DNA of 64,000 nt from the human T2T-CHM13v2.0 reference genome, Homo sapiens. Below, piece by piece: positions 40,240 to 55,754 of this stretch. A model generated the notes under the pieces. It had not been told where the DNA came from, made no database searches, and saw only the letters and a list, made by a program, of their open reading frames with translations. The stretch's first letter is position 1. The number at the start of each line of letters is the position of its first letter. The stretch lies in assembly GCF_009914755.1 (NCBI RefSeq), contig NC_060931.1; one strand, given 5' to 3'. The position numbers and the translations under genes were made by a program.

Positions 40240-40275
40240 CTACTTACCTGGAAGAAAGGAGTTTTCAATCAATCT
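40240..40275 (-). other. juxtaposed 3' and 5' splice-site motif (candidate recursive splice site, or a strong donor)
   Basis: - strand reads gattgattgaaaactcctttcttccag|gtaagtag; junction at 40248/40247. Confidence 0.35.
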
Positions 40276-40854
40276 TTCAGAACTTACAATGTATTAAAGG
40301 TGATGTTCATCACAGATTATCTTGGGGGAATAAGAGACCATCGTTAGGATGGAGCTTGGCACACAGTAGGTACACAATAAATGTGTGTTGACAGAGACTC
40401 AGCAGAATAAATAATTTTTTTAAAAGAAATCATATATTTGTTTTTATTCAACTTTTCCTAAACAGTTGAATATAAGAGAGAAAATACACATTAGAGTCAA
40501 CAAATTGCCTGTCTGTAGAAATCACAGCAAACAAACTGCTATACAGAACTTACAGAAGAGATAGTATCTCTCGGTAGAACAAGCTTAAAAGATGAAACAG
40601 CCTTTCTTTTCTTTTGATTTATTTGTTATTATGAAAAATAGGATTAAGCATATTTAATTGAAGTATCTATCCCTTCCTTGATAGGACCATCATCTTGGAG
40701 AAGAAATTTGATGTTGGTGTTGAATAAAGTTCACCAATGATTTGGCCATGAAATAAGAGATGGAGGAGTTCCTGAAAGCCTGTGTAGAAAGACTTACAGA
40801 AGAAATAAGAAACTGAAGTAAAGGAAACAGGAAATAATAAAAAGAAAGGATAGG

Positions 40855-40960
40855 GAAGATGTTACATTTAGGGGAAGCTGGGTGAAGAGTAGAAGAAACT
40901 TCTATATACTCTTTTTGCAAATACTTGTAAGTCTACTATTATTTCAAAATAAAAAGTTAG
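40855..40960 (+). mobile_element. L1M (MC/ME-type) 3' end
   Basis: aggggaagctgggtgaag...tttttgcaa...tgtaagtcta..attatttcaaaataaaaagtt. Confidence 0.8.
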
Positions 40961-41069
40961 AACAAATTTTTTTAAAAGACATGAGAAAATTGAGATGGAG
41001 AAATAAACTGTCTTAAGAGCAATTCCATATAATTTGAATAGGCTAAAGGAAGCTTTAGTGAACTTCTCA

Positions 41070-42830
<1,761 letters not shown>

Positions 42831-43199
42831 ATCTTCCTGAAATAGGTCAGGAGTTTTATTTAACCAAGTTGAAGTGTGTAAAGTAGGAATCAGGAAGATT
42901 TTAGTTGCATTATTCTTGATTAATTAAAAAGGGAAGTGGCTGAGAGAGGAACTACCAGTAGTATTACCATGATTTCCATGGTCATGACCTTAGCTGGGCC
43001 CTATTGATAAAGGTGAATGCATGAGAGTAAAGATAAAGGAATAGAAACTTCACAAAGCTTCAGAGAAAAGGTCAAAGAAGAGATCTGAAATGAATCCATG
43101 AGATATAGCAAACAGCAAAATAAAGCTAGACAGAAATGCTGGAGAATTTTCTTGATAGGTGTACAGAAATCAAGTGCAATTATTTGGGTTTGAGATGTA

Positions 43200-43900
43200 T
43201 GAGTTATTTATTATAAATTGCTATGTGCCTTGTGTAAAACAAAATCAGACAATATAGAACTACATAGGATAAAAAACGGAAAGTATGTGTGCGCACACGC
43301 ACGTGCACACACACACACGTGCACACACACACACTTTCTTTTTCCCTAGGGGGAACCACTGTTAACAATTTGGTGCATCTCCTTATAGATGTGTATATGT
43401 GTGTGTATATCCATGCATATATGTATGTATGTATAATTACATTACAAAAATATCATATACTATTTACACTATTCCGCACCTTGCTTTTTATACCTAAAAT
43501 ATGTCTTTTGTATTTTTCCATCTCAGTAAAGATAGCTCTACTTTCTTCTTTATTAAAAAAATGAATAGGCAATACATGAACATGATACACTATATAAAAG
43601 GGACAACAGAGATAGTCTTCCAATTTCTGAGTCAGTCAGTTTCTCCCCAGAGACAACCACTATTACCAGTTCCTTAAATGTCCTTCCTCAGTTAGGCAAT
43701 GCATAGAAACATATATGTATGTATTTATACAAATGGTAGCACACCATACACATTGTTCTGTGCTTTGCTTTTTAAATTTTAACTGTGTATCGTGGATACC
43801 ACTCCATAGATGAAGCTGCCTCATTCTTTTAAATGGCAATATAATACTGCACTCTATTGTCTTTATTTAATTAAATCCTGTATCTGAATGTTTCTAATTT
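43200..43900 (-). mobile_element. old L1ME-type 3' fragments (probably two)
   Basis: aaccactgttaacaatttggtg, caccttgcttttt, ccagagacaaccactattaccagtt, gctgcctcattcttttt. Confidence 0.7.
43283..43334. repeat. alternating purine-pyrimidine (CA/CG/TG) tract
   Basis: gtatgtgtgcgcacacgcacgtgcacacacacacacgtgcacacacacacac. Confidence 0.9.
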
Positions 43901-44041
43901 TTCACAATGAGCTCAATGCAACCATACTGAGCAATAATGAAGAACTTATTCAACAAGAAGAAAGAAAAAAAACAAAATTAAAAAAAAAGACCAAAAGAAA
44001 TCATTTGAGACTGTAAAGAATTGTGAATTAAGACCAAATGA

Positions 44042-44338
<297 letters not shown>

Positions 44339-44899
44339 CTAATGTCACTAAAATGATCCATTTACTGGGAAAACTCCAAAACAAAAAACAATAGTGAAAT
44401 TTTCCTTCTATATAAAATACATTATTAACTGAATTGGCTAGAAAGACAATGTCTTGTGGCGGCTAGTCTTAGGCATGGAAGATGTCAGTTCTGTGACCAC
44501 TGGGTAGGTGAGTAAAATTGAATCATTCAATTCTCTTTGCTTCACTTCCCCATTTGGAAGAGGAATAATTGTGTTCAATGTCTCTACCTGCTCTGAAGAC
44601 ATGCAGGAAAAAACAGAAACATGAACCTGCACATAGCAGAAAATTCTCAAGTAAGATCCTCTCGGGTAATAATGTTAGAATGACTCTGGCCAAGTTATGT
44701 CTTAAAGAGAGCAGCTGAATTTAGAGGCAGAGACATGTGTGTATCAGAATCAACTGGGAAGAGTTTTCAAACTACTCCTTGTCTTGCTCCCTCCCCGCAT
44801 CCCAGTTGAGAACCATAATGACTGAAGAAAACTTCCGGTGGCTGGTGCCATAAGTGATAGGACATAAGCATTTGGGTTCTAAAAAAGGGGGAGATGCAC

Positions 44900-45065
44900 A
44901 CAGTGGTGATGAAGGTCATGAGTTTCAGTTTCAGGGATGCCTGGGTTTGAGCATTGGCTTTACTCCTTATTGACTATATGATCTTGAACTATTTATTTAA
45001 ACTTTGGAAAATCTTCATTTCCTCATCTGTGAAGCACCTGCCACATAGTTAGTACTCAATAGTTA
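44900..45065 (+). mobile_element. MIR
   Basis: gcctgggtttgag...tgactatatgatcttgaac...tttcctcatctgtgaa. Confidence 0.7.
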
Positions 45066-45249
45066 CGGCATTGGTTCCTTGGTAACTCTGACCTTAACTG
45101 TCCACTTTGAACTACAGATTTAAGGAAATATCTGCTCTCATATGGGTTTATCAATTAATTCTCCCATAACAGTTTAATAGATGTAGGATCTGTAAAAACA
45201 TATATGCATAAATACATAATTTTAAAGCTGGACATGGCTCTTTAATCAT

Positions 45250-45405
45250 AAAGTTTACCCTCAATAATGCCTCATTTTATGAATGTAGAAACTGAGGCTC
45301 TGAAAGGCATGAGACTTGTCCAAGGTGATAGAGCTGATAGGCATGAGTCAGGACTAGAGCTGAATCTTCCATCTTCTAGTCTAGCATCTTCTTGTCACTT
45401 CTTGC
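45250..45405 (-). mobile_element. MIR
   Basis: cattttatgaatgtagaaactgaggctctga...gacttgtccaaggt...caggactagag. Confidence 0.75.
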
Positions 45406-48400
45406 CTCTCTAAAACCACACATTTAATAAGATAAAATATACTTGCTTTAAAAAGCTAATGATGTGAATATTATTTCCTTTCTATTTCAGGGGTCATTAT
45501 ATAGGACAAGAAAAATCCTGTGAAGTGATCCTCATCCAGCTAATAAAATTAACTATACAAGAAGGTATAGAAAACCCCTCCCTATCATTGCAGAGGTGGC
45601 ATCCAAAGACCCAAGAAAGGAGTCAGCAATAGCCTAGGATCCAGGACTCAGAGAGAGACCCATATTGGGAAAAGGTGCTGAATAAGGGGTAGAGTTTTTA
45701 TATTCCTTACCCAGCCCCAAATTAACTTCCCCAGGCTAGTCCTCTGTTTCAAGCTTCTATGCCTCCCTTGAGGAGTCACAAGATTTCCAAAAGCTCCATG
45801 TTTTTTTCACATGGCTGTTTCTTCCTCGAATTCTTTATTCCTGCCCACCTGACTAATATGGACATTAGTGTATCTGCAATAAATTTATACTACAATTCTG
45901 CCATCCTAGGCAAACATGGAGGTGACCAGACCCGCAATGAATTCAGGAAGCGGAATGTGGTTAGTGACTAATACCAAGGAATCATAAATGCAATTCAACT
46001 GATAACAGTTAGGTCTGCGCCTCTAAAAACAGGACCAAAGGATCTTCTGGGCTCCCTCAACAAAGCTGGGCGCCAACACTGACTGAATAGCTATCCTTGG
46101 GTCTGACTCACCCGACCCAGTGGAGTGGAGGGGAAGGTCACAGAACTGGAAGCACATCCAGTCCAGTTCTGGACACCTGCCTGTCTGCCCACGAATGACC
46201 ACTGTGGAATCTAAGGCAAGCAGACAGCTCCCAAAACTCACCCTGGAGTCTGCCTCCGTGCATGGCCCAGCAACCACAGCAGTCTCCACTCCATCCCTGG
46301 CCACCATCAGAAAGGCATCTGTTACCTCCTGCCTGGCCTTCAGTTCTGTGGTTGCTAGTATAACCCAACGGCCATAAATTTCAAACTCTGCTAAATGTTG
46401 ACCTACTTCTAACTCTGACTGCAACACTTCCCCTTTGGGATAACGGTCTTACTCCTGAGTACTCTCTGCTAAATGAGTGCCACCTTGTCTCTTTCCTCTG
46501 CATCATTATAATTAATAAGCAACAATATCATCCCTCATGATTATGTTCTTATTAGATGTTAACTGGCCTTAGCATCATTATCTCATTAAACCTTTCCACC
46601 TAAATTACTTTATCAGCTTCCCTCCTAAGGAGGTCTGGTACTGTCTGTCTGAAAGGAATCTCCTACACAAACACAAGAAACCAAAAAGGATGATCACTGG
46701 TATTTAGTCCTGCTCCAAATACTAATATTTTTAAAAAATTAATGTTATTTCTACTACTAACAATAACCTTACATTGCTATAAATCTTCTTATCCAAAGTA
46801 TTTAAAGCTATACCCATAAGTTTTTTAGCTTCCTCTCATTTTTATGGGGAAAAAATGTAAAAGAATGCATTCTATAATATTTCTAACTGTTAAAACTTCC
46901 TCCCTTATCATTACCCATTTCTATTTGGAAAAACTATTTCCAGTTCTTTCATTAAGATGATGAATTTCAAAATTTTATAGAAAAGGCTGTAAAATAGGTT
47001 TGCTGGTTTACTTCAGTTGTTCTAGGTGCAATCTTTTCTTCAACTTTCCTGATAATGCTTAGCTTTTCTTTCCTTTAATAGCATTCATTTTATACATTAA
47101 CCTTTTATTAAAAAGTAGATGAAAACTATTCTGCTCATAAATGAAGAACATAGACTAGTACGTTTCTCTAGAAATGCTTTCATTCCTGAGGACTAATGAC
47201 ATTTATTGCTTCCTCTGTTGTCCTCACAATTTCATGTTAACCATGAACTCTTTTAATCTTTTCCTTCTTTATTACTAAGTTCTGCACATTCTCCAAAGTT
47301 TGGGAAGATATGCCATCGAGAGTCCAAACTTGCCCTTTTACAGCCATTAATCATGTTTTGTTTCCCACCCTAGTCATCTCTTCCCTTCCTTGCCATCCCA
47401 AATCCCTTAACTATCTACCATCATTCATCCTCACTTTCCCAAGTAATTTGCTATTTTTTAATATCTTATTATCTCATATTCCTCATTACCCACTTATCCT
47501 TCAAACTCTATTGTTCATTTAATTTTCTCAGAAATTATACAGTCTTATTTGGCTTGCAGCATCTTTCTCCCCATTCTTGCACACCTACCTCACCTTCCCA
47601 CTTTCCAACTTCCTTTTTGTTTCCAAAGGTGCAGATCATGATTTGAAATGATGGAAATAAATCTTAATCTCCTTCCACTTACTTAATTTTAAAAATCCAA
47701 TGATCATTCCCAGAGGGAAACCTAGGTTTGTAATTCTCAAGCCTTGCCACAGAAGCAATCAAATACACTAGGTCTCTTTTTATTTAATCATGGATAATAC
47801 AAGGAAACGCTTTCTAAAATGAAATATTGCACAGTTGGTTGGTGTTAATCTGAGATGCGCCGACCATTCTTTTTCTCCTTTGGGAGTGAAGCCTAGTATG
47901 GTCAGCCAAGGACACATTTGTGTCTTATGAATCTATGTCACATAAGCCTTTTTTCTTAGGGATCTAAATAAACCGCTAAATACAAATCCTGCTGTCATCA
48001 AGCTTTCTGTTAGTGTCCAGCCTCTTTTCTTAGAAGAGCATAATCTTAGCTTTAAAAATTTTTTGTTTATATTTTGTTTTTCAACCTTCACAGGCTTTGA
48101 GGCTGTTTTCCCTTTCTCTTGATCTTTCTTTGCTCCTCCTGAAATCTCAGGCGAATTAATTTTAGCAAACACTGCAGGCATGCAGTCTTCCCTTTATTTT
48201 CTCTATTTCAGGATCCTTCCTCACCTAATCCTTCTCCAGTTCTTTCCTTCCTATTTCAAGTGCAGGACAGGGATGAACTCCCATCTTTGGACAGCCCCAT
48301 CTTTATATCATCCTTCACTTTCCTCTCATCATTTCATTTCACTCCATACACACACTACTTTCGTTCCTGACCATGTTTGGCCACTTGTGTGGCTGCTGAA

Positions 48401-50442
48401 GTTCTGGCAGCCTGCCTTCCTGGCCATGAGTACAGCTACTTGGTTCCTTCAGTGCCCCCCAGGTGCTGCCAAGGCAAAGGCATCATGATCATTGACTTTA
48501 TCAGTGATAACACCAAGGCAATGGAAGTAAACATACATAGGGACAGCCTCATTTCATGCTTAAAGGAAGAACTGGGGCAATTTCCCCAACTCAACTATCT
48601 CCCATTGAACTTCTCTGAAGAATAGTGTTCCTTTTCAAAGCTTATTGATTTTCCCATTCCATTACAGGCATATAAAGGCCTTATATGGGAATGAGATTAG
48701 TAAATTGTAACTACTGAAACCTAGCATGCATCTCCATATGATTATGACCTTACTCTCTTTCTACACTGGCCAAAGGTATAGATGCTTGTGCAGTGGGAAA
48801 TCCTGCTCATTGAATGACTATGAGTACGTTTCTTTGAAAAGAACAGAGTTTTCCTGAGTTAATCCCTTTTTTAATAATCCAAATTATCTACTCTTTTTTT
48901 CTAAAATGTGACCCCTTTCCCCCTCTGTATTCTATTACGATTCACCACGATTTCTCCTGAGGGTACAATAGAGTCTAATTTTCTTCATTATTCAATTTGG
49001 ATCCTGTTAAGAGAGACAGACATTCACTGACAAGAAGAACATTTAAATTTTGGCAAATAAGTTCATTAGTATTCAGAAAGCTTTGCACCCCTCATATTTA
49101 ATAAACCTTTCCATTACAGAGTAAGAAATCCTGCAAAATAGTCAAACAAATTAGCAATGGGGCCACCAAGAGAGTACATTCAACCTGGATTCAAAGATGT
49201 CTCAGTTTATTAGTTTTCTGTCAATCATTAAAACAAGAAAGATGAAACATGCAATTAGATACAAGGAGACAGAACTCCTAATTCTTTCATCCTAGCTGAA
49301 GCAGAAGAGTTTTAATTGCTTGGAAAAATAAGATTTTCGTTTTCTCTCAAGAGGGAAGAGGAAGCAAATATAAATTGCCTTAGAGTCTATGGCTGGAGGT
49401 ACAATGCTCCAAACCATGCAAATGAGAGGTGGAAAGACAAGTCCATCATCTGTATGTTTTGTCTTTACAATGGCCAATATCCAGATATTTAGAAATGTGA
49501 GATAATTGGCAGAATATTCCTTTTTTCATTAGAATGTTTAGAGTCACATAGATTTACTGATTCTCTTCTTCTTAATGAGAGTGACACTGCACTAAAATAC
49601 TTGAATATGTTGTCAGTTATTCCAGAGCCAATTTTCCATTTATGTGAGTTATCAGTGCCCTTTGTTTCTCTTCTAAGTCCTACCAGCTACTCTATCTTAG
49701 GAGCCTTACACTGTTTATAACATATTTACCAGAGGGAAAGTAAGGACAAGGAGAGGAGATAAAATACTAATCAATCCATTTAGTAATGATGAACATCTAC
49801 AAAATTGAAGACGAGAAAATTAAAACTCTTGGCCATGGAGAGGTATAGACGTTAACTGCAGGTGTCTGCCTGTTCCTTGACCTCAACTCAGAAGTAAAAT
49901 TAAGAGTTAAGAGTAATTAATTCTACCATTTAAGCCAGAAATTGAAATCTCTAATACTATTTCCTAGGATAAAATTGTGAAACCAAATAGTGTGTATCAG
50001 CAATTCTGAATTTGAAATTCCATATATTGATTTTTCCATAAAATATTTTCTGCACTCAGAGATATACATCAAATAGATCTGCTAATGTAGGAAAAAACAA
50101 AGATACAAATTTGCTTATATAGGATTCACAATAGGGTAAGAATTACTAGCAGCATCTTTTTGTTTGATTAGGCTTTTTCCTTTCCTTTTTAAAGAGGTCA
50201 CCAGCCATAGGGATGTATGAATCACAGTATATGTGAAAACGTCTATTTGCTGAGAGGTACTCTGTAAGATTGGAAATAGTCCTTCCTACCAGGGAGGGAT
50301 GGCTTACAGAGTATAAAGTAGTCAGTGGCCTTCACTGTCTGGAGGTCCTTCTACAGATTTATCCTAAGAAATAAAAGATTGTTTCTTCCTTATATCTGAA
50401 GATAGATCTTTTCACAATGACTCTAGGGCTGAATAATTATCT

Positions 50443-50721
50443 TTTTTTTTTTTTTTTCAAGACAGGGTCTCCCTATGTCACCCAGGCTGGAGTAATGGCA
50501 TGATCTCGGCTCACTGCAGCCTCGACCTCACAGGCTCAAGCAATCCTCCCATCTCAGCCTCCTGTCATAGGCCACCACACGCAGCTAATTTGTGTATTTT
50601 TTTGTAGAGCTGGGGTTTTGCCATGTTCCCTAGGCTACACTTGAATTCCTGGGCTCAAGCAATCTGCTGCCTCGGCCTCCCAAAGTGCTGTGATTACAAG
50701 TGTGCAGCACCATGCCTGGCC
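50443..50721 (-). mobile_element. AluJb-like SINE
   Basis: cactgcagcctcgacctc, ggctcaagcaatcctcc; TSD ctg(a/c)ataattatct. Confidence 0.92.
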
Positions 50722-51239
50722 CTGCATAATTATCTGATGTGTATCTCAAGGCACTCTAAAAGTTGCTTGAGTAGAATGGGGCATCTGTCTGTAGTTGGTT
50801 ACCCTGGGACATGGGCACATTCCCCTGGGATATCGTTGATTCTTTCCAAAGAGAAAGACAGCAGATGAAAGAAATTAGGGTTTTGTCTCCTGGAGACTGG
50901 GAAAGTCTCAGGTTTACCTTGTATCTCCAAACCTAGCACACACCTGGTACACGGCAATGGCATATGCTCAATAGAAATGTGATGAAGGGAAGGAGAGGGA
51001 GAAAGGTAGCGGGGAAAAAAGGAGGGGATAAAGCTCCCATATGCTCTACAGTGTATATTCCTACAACCTTCCTAACTCCAAAGGGGAGAAGCAGACTCAC
51101 TGTATCCTAAAACATTGATAAAACACCCACTTCAGAAAAAAGTAATAACAATCAAGTAACTATTGAAGATCTATTTGACCTAACAGCATAGAAACAGAAG
51201 AATTACACACTGGCCAGCTGTAGCGTAGGGCCTGATCTT

Positions 51240-51390
51240 AATGTTTTAGAGCTGGAGAGGCCTGGAGTCACTCAAGAGGCATCCAAATGGAATGTGAAAT
51301 GACTTACCCACAGTCACATAGCTTGTTAGTATTAGAACACAAACTAAAACCCAGGTCTCAAAATTCCCAGCCCAGCATTTTTCACGCTGC
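51240..51390 (-). mobile_element. MIR/MIR3 fragment
   Basis: gtgaaatgacttacccacagtcacatagcttgttagt...ctaaaacccaggtctc. Confidence 0.7.
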
Positions 51391-54059
51391 AGTTTCCTAT
51401 ATAGAACAGAAGCAATAGCTGTTCTTGAATCCTATCCCTTCCTGTTTCCTAACCCAAGTCACTTCATATGTCCTTCCGCAGAGGCCCTGCTAACCTTAAG
51501 CCCTTTCCCTGGTACCACAGAACTTTGTACAACTTGCTGGGGGGAAACAGCCCATGGTCATACGCCATTTATAGAATGCAGGCTTATAGAACATGGTCAA
51601 TAGGAATGATTAAGGAAATAGGAATTACCCTAATAATTGGAACACTGGCTCAATTATATCTTTGTGGCCATTTGTTAGTTGTAGCCACTGTTCTTCATAC
51701 CTAAGGGGAAGCTACAGTGTAAGCTCCAAGGGGGCAGGAACCATGTCTGTCTAGCCCCTAAGTCTCTACAGTGTCCAGTAGGTACTTAACTATTAGTTGT
51801 ATTTTTAAACATGACCACCAGTTCCATATTTCATGATTCCAAGCAGGTTCCATCATGGCTTTATCTACAAATAACCAGCAATGTCATCCTTTAGCCAAAT
51901 ATTTTTGAAGCATCCAGCTCTACCTTGTGTCTCCAATAATCTAATGAACTCAACACAGAGTCTGACCACCAGGCCCATAGGCAAAGAGTTCAAGTTCCAT
52001 TTGACTTGAACTACTCTGTGAGCAATGACCCTCACCCCCAAGTGAACGAAGACTCCCTAAGGGCTCACATTATAGAAATGGAAGATAGATAGTCTGCCAG
52101 TGTCTTTATTATCAAAGCCCTGGAGTGCAGAGAAGAGACATGTAGGGTAATGAATTGGTGTCTCCCTCAGACCACTACTTGTTCAATCTTTATTAGAGGA
52201 AAGGCTGACCTCTGTATGGGCAAGAACCAAGCAGGAAGATCATGGGAGCACTCAGCCTACCCTCTGTGGTCATAAACAATCTAGCTAGAGTCCCTGTTTT
52301 ATATATCCTAGTAAGAAAAACAGAAACCCTGAAGTCAAACAGCATATTCCTCTATATTCTGATTATGCCCTACTTTCTACCCCTAAGGAATTTAACAAAT
52401 CATTACTTCCAACCCCACACAGAATCCTCCCTGAGAGAAGAGCTGGTAAATATATTTTCCATGGATGTGTTAGCCTACTATTGACATGTTAGTGCCCTTA
52501 TAGTTTAGTCCTCCAAGCAATTGTCCAGTTGTTTTGTGTTTAATCTGACCCTGCTGACAGTCATTACTCAAAATGAAGAAGGCAATCTAGAGAGAAACTG
52601 TAGCTGATGCTCCTCTTCTCTCAGTGGGTGGACAGCCCATCCATAAAGTCTTCTTGATGATGGTGTCCAGGAGCCAGGATCCAAGGAGCTCAACAACAGC
52701 AGTGGGAAGAATTACAGGAAAAGGTCATGCTCCTCCAAGGGAGTGGGTTTTCCTTTGTCTCAGCAACTGTAAAATTATAAACAAAAGATTAAAAAGCTAA
52801 ATCACTGCTCAAGTAAGGATCTTGGTAAATGCATGGTTTACTCAAAGCCTGATGACGGATTCATTGGCATCTAAATGAAGTCTGTGGTTTTCCAGACAAT
52901 GGGGCAGAGACTACAGAAACACACAAATTATGCCTAAGGATTCTCTGTTCCTTCGTTAATTTTGTTGTACCAAAGAAAAAGGAAAAACTATAATTGCAAC
53001 TAAATACAAGTAAATGCAAGTAAATCTGCATGCATAAAGCATGTAGAATACATGGGCTAGGAAGGGATATACTAGGGGAAAAGGAGAGAGAGCACAAAGA
53101 ATCAAGAGCAAAGAAATTGCTTCTTCCCCCACGATATTGCACAGCACTGACCTGAATGGTACAGCAATTATGCGACCTAAGTGAGAGTTCAATAAATAAC
53201 AATATCTGGGGGCAAACTGAGAGTTAAGCTCCCATGAAAAGGTAGAAGCATAGTAACCAAAGCCTTAGCCAGTCCCTGGGCAATCAATATGATTGATACC
53301 CAGAGTCTTTAACAGAATCAGATAGGATGATAATAATCTCACCCAAAGATGGTTTAAATGAAGCATCACTAGTTTAGGGAATTTCTACCAAAAACATCAA
53401 AAGTGATGGTGATAGCGCCATTATCAGAGTACTGGCAAAACCACCAAATCAATGGCTGTCTTCGGCTGCCATCCCTACTTAGGGGGGCCCCTCTGTCCCC
53501 TTCCTCAGGAACCAGGAGCCCAGCATCCATATGCCATCATCCACCCACTCTAATTTCTTTAATGCAACAGATAGTAGCTAAACAGAAAGTCTTCCAATGG
53601 CTAGAATTGGGTATTTCATACTAGGGTATGAATAACTGGTTAATTTGACTTTATCAGCACCATAAGACAGTGCAAAAAAAAAAAAAAAAAAGAAAGAAAG
53701 AAATAACAATTGGTGACTTTCACACTCCTACGAGGTATCTGCAATTTATAAATGGAGCTTGTGTACATAAAACTCTTAGTTACTGTAATATGAAAAAAAA
53801 ATAGAGAGAAGGAAGGGACAAGTGAATAAGGAAAGAGCAGGGCCTTCCCATGCTTCTTGTTTAATGTCACCACCATCCCACACCAACCATCAAACCTCCG
53901 AACATGGGCTTAGGCAACTTGGCCTCCAATGATACTAAACAGCTGCTAACCCCAGTCTTAGAAGACAATTCCGTCCTCAGAGCACACAGAAGAGCTGGGT
54001 CCTTTAGAACCGATGACTGGATTTATAGAGAAGCCTCCTACAGATATGAGTGATCATGT

Positions 54060-54215
54060 CTGCATTGCTGGTGTCTACCCTAGTCCAAATCTTTCACTTT
54101 ACAAAGAAGCAAAGTGAAAGGTGAGTGGCTTGCACAGTGTCCTGTAGAGACTAACTAAAGGGTAGAACCAGGACTGAGCCCAGGTCTCCCAAGACCCAGT
54201 CCACAGCCCTATCCA
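54060..54215 (-). mobile_element. MIR/MIR3 fragment
   Basis: ctagtccaaatctttcacttttacaaagaag...caggactgagcccaggtctccc. Confidence 0.65.
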
Positions 54216-54269
54216 GGTAAATCCCCATGAGCATAACACACTGTGCTCCAGACACAGGCAGAAGATCAT

Positions 54270-55085
54270 ATTCCTCAAACTCTAGAGTAGTATTTGGGTA
54301 GTATCTGGGTAGCAATTTCCCCTTCCTGGACAGCAATTTGATTCAGTGGGTCCGGGTTGAGGCACAGTTATCTACATGTTAACAAGCTCCATGGGGTCTT
54401 CCAGGTATAGAAACCACCCCTACACTTGGTCACCCCTCTACCTACCAGCACTGCACAGAGGGCTGAGAGGTCCCTATGAAGGGACTGCTATGGGGACATC
54501 CTCTGGAACCCATACATCAAAGGGCTCCTGACCACTGGGTCACAAGTCAGAGCCCTGAAAACAAACACCAGCCTTGAAATCTCAAACAAAGAATGCTTAG
54601 AATGGGACAGAAAGGTCTCCTCTTAGACCTGTTGACCTTAGTGGCTTTGGTCCTGGCAATATCCAAGTGATGCCTTCAAGCCTCTTGTGTAACCAATCTC
54701 CCAATATGTGCTGAGCCCCTACTTTGTACAAGACTGTGCAGGGGGGCTAAGATGGGCAAAGAAAAGTAAGCCCTAGTTGCAAAAACTCTACCAAGAAGAT
54801 CAGACACGTACACTGAAAAAGAACCCACGTTACAGAGCAGTGTTGTTGAGGATGAAACAAAACACAGATCCATATCTGTGTCATATAAGCTTGCTCGATG
54901 TAACTCAACAATTTCCAAATCCACTTCCTGGCAGAACCATCTTTCCTGGTTCCTCAACCCCCACCCTGGGGATTCTGATTCAGTAAGCCTGAGGAAGAGC
55001 CCAGAATGTGTCTTTTTTGCCAGCTGTGAGGTAAATCTAAGGTAGGCAGTCCATAGGTGGACATTTGAGATTCTCACAGTGTGTT
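54270..55085. mobile_element. two MER5-type fragments (about 54270-54420 and 54940-55085)
   Basis: tgattcagtgggtccggg...ttaacaagctcc; gattctgattcagtaagcctgagg. Confidence 0.55.
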
Positions 55086-55362
55086 GAGGGTCAGGCTGCA
55101 AAGAATTTAAGGGAATCTATCTTGGTTCCTTCTTTATATTAATGGTTTGCTGCTCCTCAAAATTCTTAACTTACTCACATTGGCCCCTAGAATCTAAGTC
55201 TGTTTGGTTTTGTTCCTCTTAGGTCAGTCATGGTCTATGCTGTCTTCCTACTTGAAACTTCCTACTTAGGGCCTCCTTCATGTTCCCAGCAGAAATCTGT
55301 TTTCTGGAAAAGGGTGCAGCTTTACTCCTCAGGAAAACACACAGGAAAAAAAAAAGCCCATG

Positions 55363-55643
55363 TCCAGCCATGTATCATATGATTCAATTTATACCATTTA
55401 TATTGAATGTCTAGAATAGGCAAATCCATACAGATAGAAAATAGATTAGTGGTTGTAGAGGGCTGAGGGAAGTGGAATGGGGAACAACTGCTAATGGGTA
55501 TGGAGTTTCCTTTTGGAGGTGATGAAGACATTCTGGAATTAGCGGTAATGACTGCACAACTTTCTGACTATACTGAAAAACCACTGGATTGTATGCTTTA
55601 AGAGGGTGAATTTTATGGTATATGAATTATATCTCAATTTTTG
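55363..55643 (+). mobile_element. L1MB-type 3' end with intact TSD
   Basis: gaataggcaaatccatacagatagaaaatagattagtggttg...ggtgaattttatggtatatgaattatatctcaa; TSD aaaagcccatg at 55352-55362 and 55644-55654. Confidence 0.9.
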
Positions 55644-55754
55644 AAAAGCCCATGCATAGGTAACACATAAAACATACAGGTGGGTCACCTGGCTCCCTGG
55701 GCCCTCACAACTACTGGGTGATGACCCCTGGGCAAGAGGCAGGGCAGCCAATGA

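Noticed and set aside
40241-40251. tacttacctgg matching the U1 snRNA 5' end
   Set aside because: Similarity stops after 11 nt; better explained as a - strand 5' splice site than a U1 pseudogene
47933-48181. Lysine-rich ATG-initiated 82-aa minus ORF
   Set aside because: No recognisable homolog, splice context or retrocopy hallmarks; A-rich composition explains it
53653-53674. RE1/REST-like atcagcaccataagacagtgca
   Set aside because: Spacer is 3 nt instead of 2 and the GGACAG half-site is mismatched
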